Assembly: GCA_040081625.1 (NCBI GenBank)
Contig: JBEBGD010000138.1
Location: forward strand, 1 to 12,291
Direction of reading: 5' to 3'
From: Chthoniobacteraceae bacterium
Lineage (GTDB): Bacteria; Verrucomicrobiota; Verrucomicrobiia; Chthoniobacterales; Chthoniobacteraceae
DNA length: 12,291 bases
Position numbers and translations under genes: made by a program. Position 1 is the first letter of the stretch, and the number at the start of each line of letters is the position of its first letter. Shown piece after piece: positions 1 through 5,570 of the stretch. Below the pieces are notes generated by a model. That model saw only the letters and a program-made list of their open reading frames with translations. It had not been told where the DNA came from and made no database searches.

Positions 1-195
1 GTCCTGCGCCGGCGCGCCGATGATCTCCGCAATGATCCGGGCCGGGATCGCACGTCCGAAATCGTCGAGAAAATTGACGGGGCCCTTGCCGCGATGCGCT
101 TCGATCACTTCGGCCGCAATCTCGCGAACGCGCGGCCTGACGCCGTCCATCAGCTTATAGGCGAAGGTTCGCACCATCGGCGCGCGCCGGCGCTT
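1..195 (-). CDS. Cytochrome P450-like fragment (C-D-E helix region), in frame with the ileS N-terminus and running off the window edge
   Basis: Same frame continues [65 protein letters not shown]. This fits the bacterial P450 pattern H.R.R....F........RP.+..+A..++......G..+F+.DF...+P..+I..++G.P..D. Confidence 0.75.
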
Positions 196-393
196 GTGAA
201 CGTCGCCGTTCGCGAACGGCGGCCCGTCGTGCAGCACAAAGAGCGGCGCCTCCGCGCGCGCAGCGAGCACCTTCCGGTAAAGGCCGGCCGCCTCCCATTT
301 CGCGAGCCGCTCGGGTTCGCGCTTCACGAGATCGGCCTTCATGGGAAAGTCGGTCTTCGGCAGCAGCAGGGTGTCTTTGTAGTTGGCGCTCAT
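196..393 (-). CDS. ileS: Isoleucyl-tRNA synthetase, N-terminal 66 aa only (homology stops in the HIGH motif)
   Basis: Not in the ORF track. Manual translation from ATG at 393 gives [66 protein letters not shown]. This is the typical IleRS N-terminus (YKDTL.LPKT.FPMKA.L..REP; F.LHDGPP[YF]ANG..H). The expected continuation [IM]G[HT]ALNK.LKD is absent. Confidence 0.92.
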
Positions 394-410
394 TGGGAAA
401 AAGAGCGCGG

Positions 411-439
411 ACGCTAGCGGCGGTCGCGGTGGGGGTCAA
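411..439 (-). promoter_or_regulatory. Sigma70-like promoter of ileS
   Basis: On the minus strand, TTGACC (439-434), a 17-nt spacer, then TAGCGT (416-411), 17 nt upstream of the ATG. Confidence 0.6.
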
Positions 440-472
440 CGGGGGCGCGACTCGACGAGACTCCGCGGCACC

Positions 473-856
473 TCAGCACAACCGCAGACCCTCGACGTGT
501 TCGAAGTGCGCATCCGAGCTGCACAACTCCAAGTCGTGCTGCAATACCAGCGCCGCGATCCACAAGTCATTGGTCGGAATTCCCACGCCCTTTCGCCGAA
601 GCTGCACGAAAACCCGCGCGTAGTGCTCCGTCGTCGTTTCATCCGGCACGAGCACGGATGCGCGCGGGCTGGCGAGAAATTGGCGCAACGTCTCCACATT
701 CTCCTCCTCACGGCTACCCGCGGCGAAGCCCGCTCGCAATTCGCCGAGCACGATCAGCGGCAGAAAAAGGCGCTCCGCAGCCTGCACCACGCGCACCCGC
801 CCCGGGACGCCTCGCAGGAAGTCGCTGTAAGCATTCGTGTCGAGCGCGACCCTCAT
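473..856 (-). CDS. vapC: Type II TA system PIN-domain ribonuclease toxin (VapC family)
   Basis: MRVALDTNAYS...VLGELRAGF...IPTNDLWIAALVLQHDLELCSSDAHF carries the conserved acidic PIN residues. The ATG at 856 overlaps the upstream stop codon (ATGA), so it is preferred to the 862 start. Confidence 0.93.
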   Translation of the reverse strand: MRVALDTNAYSDFLRGVPGRVRVVQAAERLFLPLIVLGELRAGFAAGSREEENVETLRQFLASPRASVLVPDETTTEHYARVFVQLRRKGVGIPTNDLWIAALVLQHDLELCSSDAHFEHVEGLRLC

Positions 857-1056
857 TTCCACATCGCCTCATCCACCTGCTCAAAGGCCCGGATCGCCGC
901 GTCGAACCCCGGATCCTCCCGCCACGAGCCGATCAGCGCGTCGAGTTCGTGATGTTCGCCCCCGCCAGGGCACAGCGTGATCTCCACCCGCGTCCCATCC
1001 GGCACGTGCACGGGCAGCTTGATCGTGTCGTTCTCGACGATGGCGGTGATGCTCAT
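853..1056 (-). CDS. Putative antitoxin (VapB role; short beta-rich N-terminus, AF2212/DUF104- or AbrB-like)
   Basis: 67-aa ORF directly upstream of vapC with a 4-nt overlap. N-terminus MSITAIVENDTIKLPVHVPDGTRVEIT, acidic C-terminus (LDALIGSWREDPGFDAAIRAFEQVDEAMWK). Confidence 0.8.
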   Translation of the reverse strand: MSITAIVENDTIKLPVHVPDGTRVEITLCPGGGEHHELDALIGSWREDPGFDAAIRAFEQVDEAMWK

Positions 1057-1062
1057 GCCCGC

Positions 1063-1090
1063 AGGCTACCGGCGCGCGGCAGTTCGGCAA
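1063..1090 (-). promoter_or_regulatory. Sigma70-like promoter of the TA operon, probably giving a leaderless mRNA
   Basis: TTGCCG (1090-1085), a 16-nt spacer, TAGCCT (1068-1063), then 6 nt to the ATG at 1056. No SD motif. Confidence 0.5.
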
Positions 1091-1151
1091 GGCTGCGCTG
1101 CCGGTCTCGGACCAAGAGTCAAGGACCGATCCCGCCGCCTCCGGGACCGCG

Positions 1152-2522
1152 CTACTTCTTCAGTAACAAGATCGGCGCGGCATTTTTATCCGTGCGGTAG
1201 GTGAATTGCTCGCCGGCCGTGCACATGCGGGAGAAGACCACGAACGAGATATTGCCATCGCCGGTATCGATGTCCCCGCGGCGAATGCGGGTCCATCCCT
1301 CAGCTAGCAGATCTTTTTCGGTCTTGAGTTCGCGCCGCGTGACCGGATCCGCCGCTGATCCCCAGCGGGCGGTGCATGCCATATAGACCAGGCCATTGCT
1401 CAGCACTTTAAAGCGTAGATAGGGGCTGTGGGCGTTGCTGCGCGTGTATTGGTAGCCGTGCCAGCCCGTGATCTTCTTGAACTTGTAGTCGCGGTCGTTC
1501 CACACGCGTTCGCCTTCGCTAAGCGGGGATAAGACGATGTCCTGCGCCTCGACCTGCGCCAGCGTGGCGATGGTCGCCGTCCCGAGCGTCGGCTTGGGCG
1601 TCGGCGCGGCGACCTTGACCACTGCGCGTCCGTCCGCCGTGGATTCCTTCGTCGCCACCAACTCCCGGTTCTTGTGTCCGATCACTCTCGTTCCGACCGG
1701 TTTGAGTGGAAGCTCAAAGCGCTCCTGATACTTCTCCATGTTTGCCACGAGCGTTTCACCGATCACCTGCCACGTCCCCGCGCCGGCATCGGAGGAATCC
1801 ATCGTTCCGTCGGCCTTGAAAGTGCGAGTCGCGACCCAGCCATTGTTCGGCCATGTCACCTTCCAAGTGCCGAGCAGCTCTGCCGGCGCGCTGGCGGTGG
1901 CGGGAGCAGGCACGGTCTCGGCCGTTTTCATTTTCTCCGGTGCTGCCGCCGCTTCCTGAACCAACCACACGGCCGCGATTTCATCGCGCCTTTGCTTTAC
2001 CAGCAGCGCGTCCTCGATGCGGTGTTTTTGCGTGAGCGCGGTCTGCGCCTGCGCGAGCACTTGATCATAGCGCGCGTGGACGGATTTCGCGCGCGCCGCT
2101 CGCTCCTTTGCTAACCGCGCCATTTGCGTGCGCCACGTGGCGCGCAACTGCTTCAACTCCGGAGGTGCCGCTGCATCGTCCGTCGCAGCCACGGTTTTCT
2201 CCAAGGCAAACTCGTCGCGCTCCCCGCGCCACAACAGCGTCGCATCCAGGTTTCCCGCCGCGGCCGCCTTCGCCAGATTCGCTTCGACGGCCGCGCCGTA
2301 TTGCTGGGCGGCCTTGGCCTTCTCGGTGTCGAAGGGAATCGTCACTTCCTGCGAGAAGGTAGTTTGCCACTGCGCATCGACGGTCGCGATCCACTTCACC
2401 ATTTCCTCGTTCGGCTTCGGCGGCGGCTGCAGCGCGCCGTCGGGCGCAGGGGCGGGATTCTGCGGCCAGGCCGCGGAGGTCATGGATACGAGGAGAGCAA
2501 GAAAGGCGGATGTTCGTTTCAT
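1152..2522 (-). CDS. Secreted multidomain hypothetical protein (signal peptide, helical domain, two beta-rich domains)
   Basis: 456-aa ORF. Signal peptide MKRTSAFLALLVSMTSAA, an Ala/Gln/Glu-rich helical region, and Ala/Pro linkers. A small LLGTWKVTW...RTFKADGT...GTW beta domain and a C-terminal domain (GERVWNDRDYKF...) follow. Confidence 0.8.
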   Translation of the reverse strand: MKRTSAFLALLVSMTSAAWPQNPAPAPDGALQPPPKPNEEMVKWIATVDAQWQTTFSQEVTIPFDTEKAKAAQQYGAAVEANLAKAAAAGNLDATLLWRGERDEFALEKTVAATDDAAAPPELKQLRATWRTQMARLAKERAARAKSVHARYDQVLAQAQTALTQKHRIEDALLVKQRRDEIAAVWLVQEAAAAPEKMKTAETVPAPATASAPAELLGTWKVTWPNNGWVATRTFKADGTMDSSDAGAGTWQVIGETLVANMEKYQERFELPLKPVGTRVIGHKNRELVATKESTADGRAVVKVAAPTPKPTLGTATIATLAQVEAQDIVLSPLSEGERVWNDRDYKFKKITGWHGYQYTRSNAHSPYLRFKVLSNGLVYMACTARWGSAADPVTRRELKTEKDLLAEGWTRIRRGDIDTGDGNISFVVFSRMCTAGEQFTYRTDKNAAPILLLKK

Positions 2523-2539
2523 GGGAAATTGAGGTAAGG

Positions 2540-2815
2540 CTACCTCCGCTGCGCGTTGATGAGTTCATCCAGCTTGTCCGCGATGGGCTGCACTTCCCAT
2601 TGCTGCGGCGGGTTGTTATTGATCGTGAGGTTCAGGGTCGCCACCGCGTTCGTGTTACTGCTCGATCCGGCGATGGCGGCGGTGATCTGCGCTTGCAGGT
2701 CGGCGATCTGCGCGGCTTGGGCGTCGATCAGCGCCTTGAGCGCGTTGAGTTGGTCGCGGACGAGCACGGCGTCGAGGTCGTCGCCGGGGGCGGGTTTGGT
2801 GGGGTCGAAGGGCAT
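2540..2815 (-). CDS. Small hypothetical coiled-coil protein (91 aa)
   Basis: ATG start, GC3-rich codon usage, and heptad pattern LNALKALIDAQAAQIADLQAQITAAIA. C-terminal helix PQQWEVQPIADKLDELINAQRR. Confidence 0.8.
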   Translation of the reverse strand: MPFDPTKPAPGDDLDAVLVRDQLNALKALIDAQAAQIADLQAQITAAIAGSSSNTNAVATLNLTINNNPPQQWEVQPIADKLDELINAQRR

Positions 2816-2819
2816 AAGG

Positions 2820-2875
2820 GATTTTCGATTTTCGATTGCCGATTGAACTGCCGCCGAGTGCCTCCAATCGGCAAT
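2820..2875. repeat. 7-bp tandem repeat merged with an 11-bp perfect inverted repeat (REP-like element or hairpin)
   Basis: GATTTTC GATTTTC GATTGCC GATTGAA at 2820-2847. ATTGCCGATTG (2835-2845) pairs with CAATCGGCAAT (2865-2875) around a 19-nt loop. Confidence 0.75.
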
Positions 2876-2878
2876 GGC

Positions 2879-3601
2879 TCACGTCACTACGATCCTCGCC
2901 GGGTCGCTCCAGTCGCCGAGCTGGCCGCCGGCGCCGACGGTGGCGAAGCGCACCCAGACGATGCTGCCGACGGTCAGGCCGGTGATGACGGCTTTGCCGC
3001 CGTTGAAGATGAGCACTTGCTGCCAGCCCGCTTCGTTGTTCGGATCGCCGGTGGTGATCTGCGCCACGTTGGTGCTGTTGGCCCGGTCCGGCTTGCAGCG
3101 GCCAGTGACGGTGCCGCTGCCGTCGCCGTTGCGCAGCTTCACATTCTCCGGCGCGGCAGGGTGAGCGGGCAGCGGCGTGGGTGTGCTGTCGTAGGAAGGG
3201 AAACCGCTCTTTTCCAGGATCATCGGATCGCCTTTCGCGACGAGGTTCACATAGATGCCGAGGTCGTGGAGCGCTTCCTCGAGGCCGGTGCGGGCGACGT
3301 GGAAGGCGAGCACGTCGGCGGAGGCGTTGCTCGCGCGCGCGGTCAGTTTGGTATCGTAAGTGGTCACCAGCGTCTGGAGCGCGGCCATGCTCGTCGGCGG
3401 GGCGGTAAAGGTGGCGGCGTTGGTGGTCATCTTGTCGTGGATGAGCTGCGCCACGGGGCCAAACTCGGCGGCGGTGTAGGGGCTGAAATCAATGATGGCG
3501 TTGGTCTTCATTCTTCGTGGGTTCGTGTTGATCGTGCCGTTCCACTTCAGGCCCGCGTTGTAGCGAGCCCCGGCCATGTTCCATTTCAGTGGAACTTCCA
3601 T
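2879..3601 (-). CDS. Helical-bundle + C-terminal fibronectin type III domain protein (about 240 aa)
   Basis: Likely start is the ATG at 3601 (MEVPLKWN...), with an alternative at 3511. The extension to 3844 in the track is translated repeat. Helical region IHDKMTTN..F..PP.SMAALQTL...YVNLVAKGD...LEKSGF. The C-terminal PAAPENV...ITGLTVGSIVWVRFATVGAGGQLGDWSDP is FN3-like. Confidence 0.85.
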   Translation of the reverse strand: MEVPLKWNMAGARYNAGLKWNGTINTNPRRMKTNAIIDFSPYTAAEFGPVAQLIHDKMTTNAATFTAPPTSMAALQTLVTTYDTKLTARASNASADVLAFHVARTGLEEALHDLGIYVNLVAKGDPMILEKSGFPSYDSTPTPLPAHPAAPENVKLRNGDGSGTVTGRCKPDRANSTNVAQITTGDPNNEAGWQQVLIFNGGKAVITGLTVGSIVWVRFATVGAGGQLGDWSDPARIVVT

Positions 3602-3633
3602 GAGGTTGGGCGTGTCGGGTTTGGGTTTACTGA

Positions 3634-3650
3634 AAAAAGGGCGCCTTTTT
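3634..3650. promoter_or_regulatory. Short palindrome between the array and the FN3 start (operator or weak hairpin)
   Basis: AAAAAGG-GCG-CCTTTTT, with 7-bp perfect arms. Confidence 0.4.
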
Positions 3651-3679
3651 GCGCCATTGGCCCGGTTTGCCCCCGTTTT

Positions 3680-3931
3680 TCGCCGCCCGGATGCCCCATT
3701 CGGGCGCCCGAATGCGCCGTCGGGGCGCCCGGATGCCGCCCAGCGCCGCCCGGTTGCGGCGTAGCGCCGCCCGAAAATGATTTCCGGTCGCCCCGGCGCG
3801 GCACAGCGCCTCCCGAAAACCGCGTCGCGCCGCCCGGATGCCAAATTGCGCCGCCCGAAAATGGCGTAGCGCCGCCCGGAAACGATTTTGCGCCGGCCCG
3901 AAAATCCGCCGCGCCACCCGAAATTCGCCTG
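3680..3931. repeat. Degenerate tandem array, 12 units of exactly 21 bp, core GCGCCGCCCG
   Basis: Units start at 3680, 3701, 3722, 3743, 3764, 3785, 3806, 3827, 3848, 3869, 3890 and 3911. Examples: gcgccgcccggttgcggcgta, gcgccgcccgaaaatgatttc, gcgccgcccggatgccaaatt, gcgccgcccgaaaatggcgta, gcgccgcccggaaacgatttt. Confidence 0.92.
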
Positions 3932-4066
3932 CCGCAGACCACGCCCAAGAATCGGCCTAAGACAATATCCGCCGAGTCGTCGTTAGAACGCTCGACGCTC
4001 GCGGGAGCGGCGAGGTGTCTTTAATGCTCAGCTTGTTCGAGTTCATGTTACGGAGGAACAAACGCG

Positions 4067-4094
4067 GGTTTAGCGGCTCCCATGGCGCGAGCAA
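4067..4094 (-). promoter_or_regulatory. Candidate promoter reading towards the array and FN3 gene
   Basis: TTGCTC (4094-4089), a 16-nt spacer, TAAACC (4072-4067), with an A/T tract upstream (4093-4103). Confidence 0.35.
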
Positions 4095-4120
4095 AGAAAA
4101 AAATCTTGCCCACTTCGCCA

Positions 4121-4149
4121 TTGTCCACTCACCCGCCGAGTCCTAGCGT
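4121..4149 (+). promoter_or_regulatory. Sigma70-like promoter of the DUF1326 operon
   Basis: TTGTCC (4121-4126), a 17-nt spacer, TAGCGT (4144-4149), then 10 nt to the ATG at 4160. A-tract upstream. Confidence 0.55.
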
Positions 4150-4159
4150 TTGCGCCGCC

Positions 4160-4774
4160 ATGAGCACTCAAACCAAATGGAACCTCGAGGGCGACTTCCT
4201 CCAGGCGTGCAACTGCGACTACGGTTGCCCGTGCGAATTCTCCGCGCCGCCCACGCGCGGCGACTGTCAGGGCACCGGCGCGATGCAGATTCGCACCGGC
4301 CGATGCGGCGATCTGAGCCTCGACGGTCTCGGCTGGGGCTTCATCGCGCATTGGCCGAAGGCGATCCATCTCGGCAACGGCACGCTCTGCCCGCTCGTCG
4401 ATGAACGCGCGACGCCGGAGCAGCGCGAGGCGTTATTGAAAATCATGTCAGGCCAGCTCGGCGGGCTGCCGTTCGAGATTCTCGCGACGACGTTCACGAC
4501 CGTGCTCGAGCCGCGCTTCGTGCCGTTTGCGTTCGAGTGGAATGGCCGCAACAGCCGCGTGACCGCGGGCGATTGCCTCGTCGTCGGACTCGAGCCGATC
4601 AAGAACCCGGTGACCGGCAAGCCGGAGTCCGTGCGAGTCGAGCACGCGACCGGTTTCATTTTCAAAGGCGCCGAAGCCGTGTCCGCCGCGGAGATGCGTG
4701 CGAATGTGGACGGGCTGCGCTTTTCGTGGCCGGACAAGGCGGGGTTCGTCACGCAAGTGAGCTACGCGAACTGA
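4160..4774 (+). CDS. DUF1326-family Cys-rich putative metal-binding protein
   Basis: W.LEGDFLQACNCDYGCPCEFSAPPTRGDCQG...G..GDLSLDGL...WPKAIHLGNG...VDERATPEQREALLKIMSG. Start moved to ATG 4160 because the family motif and promoter begin there. Confidence 0.88.
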   Translation: MSTQTKWNLEGDFLQACNCDYGCPCEFSAPPTRGDCQGTGAMQIRTGRCGDLSLDGLGWGFIAHWPKAIHLGNGTLCPLVDERATPEQREALLKIMSGQLGGLPFEILATTFTTVLEPRFVPFAFEWNGRNSRVTAGDCLVVGLEPIKNPVTGKPESVRVEHATGFIFKGAEAVSAAEMRANVDGLRFSWPDKAGFVTQVSYAN

Positions 4775-4775
4775 C

Positions 4776-5558
4776 GTGCTCGAAGCCGCGCTCAAGCGCG
4801 ATCGGTGGATCGTCGCTGCGGCGCTCGCCGGCATCACGGCGGTCGCGTGGGCCTACATGGTTCACGAAGCGCAGGCGATGACCGCAACCGGCGTGTGCCG
4901 CTGCCTCGGCATGGAGATGTCCGGGCCGGACACGCGAGCGTGGGATGCGGCGACGCTACTGCCGCTCTTCGCGATGTGGGCGGAGATGATGGTCGCGATG
5001 ATGCTGCCCTCCGCCGCGCCGATGATCCTCATCTTCTCCGCGACGAGCCGGCGGCGCCGCGAAGCCGAGCGGCCGTTCGTGCCCGTCGCGTATTTCGTCG
5101 GCGGATACTTCGTCGTGTGGACGCTCTTCAGCGCTGCTGCCGCGGTGCTGCAGTGGCTGCTCCACGGCGCCACGCTGATCTCGCCGATGATGGCGACGAC
5201 GAACCGCTGGCTCGGCGCCGGCGTGCTGCTCGGCGCGGCGGTCTTCCAATGGACACCGCTCAAGCGCGCGTGCCTCGACCACTGCCGCTCGCCGCTCGCC
5301 TTCCTCATGACCGACTGGCGCGAAGGCCGCGGCGGCGCGTTCGCGATGGGCTGGCGCCACGGGCTCTACTGCACCGGGTGCTGCTGGGTGCTCATGCTCC
5401 TGCTCTTCGTCGCCGGCGTCATGAATCTCGTCTGGATCGCAGCGCTCTCGCTGCTCGTGCTCGCGGAAAAACTCGCGCCGCGCGCGTGGCAGCTCGATCG
5501 CTGGACCGGCGCGACGCTCGTCGTGTGGGCGCTTTTCATCGCGACTCGCAGCGCGTAG
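4776..5558 (+). CDS. DUF2182-family predicted metal-binding integral membrane protein
   Basis: GTG start 1 nt after the DUF1326 stop. Multiple TM helices. Motifs MW..MMVAMMLPSAAP, Q.TPLK.ACL.HCRSP and G..HGLYC.GCCW.LM.LLFV.GVMNL.WIA. Confidence 0.9.
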   Translation: MLEAALKRDRWIVAAALAGITAVAWAYMVHEAQAMTATGVCRCLGMEMSGPDTRAWDAATLLPLFAMWAEMMVAMMLPSAAPMILIFSATSRRRREAERPFVPVAYFVGGYFVVWTLFSAAAAVLQWLLHGATLISPMMATTNRWLGAGVLLGAAVFQWTPLKRACLDHCRSPLAFLMTDWREGRGGAFAMGWRHGLYCTGCCWVLMLLLFVAGVMNLVWIAALSLLVLAEKLAPRAWQLDRWTGATLVVWALFIATRSA

Positions 5559-5570
5559 GAACGCCGCCCG

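Noticed and set aside
1..195. Intein or intron interrupting ileS
   Set aside because: The inserted sequence starts with Lys, not Cys/Ser/Ala, has no splicing motifs, and looks like an internal P450 segment.
394..472. T-box riboswitch upstream of ileS
   Set aside because: The gap is only about 80 nt, the promoter is adjacent to the ATG, and there is no T-box consensus.
3602..3844. N-terminal extension of the FN3 ORF given in the track (321 aa)
   Set aside because: Arg-rich translation of the repeat array. Protein-like sequence starts at ATG 3601, after a C/A-rich leader.
3680..3931. CRISPR or TIGR-type guide array
   Set aside because: The unit is only 21 bp with a degenerate 10-bp core. The variable halves resemble one another rather than being unique spacers. 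No Cas or Nop-domain gene is in the window.
2510..4024. 504-aa plus-strand ORF
   Set aside because: Antisense shadow of the 91-aa and FN3 genes plus translated repeat, with no coherent protein features.
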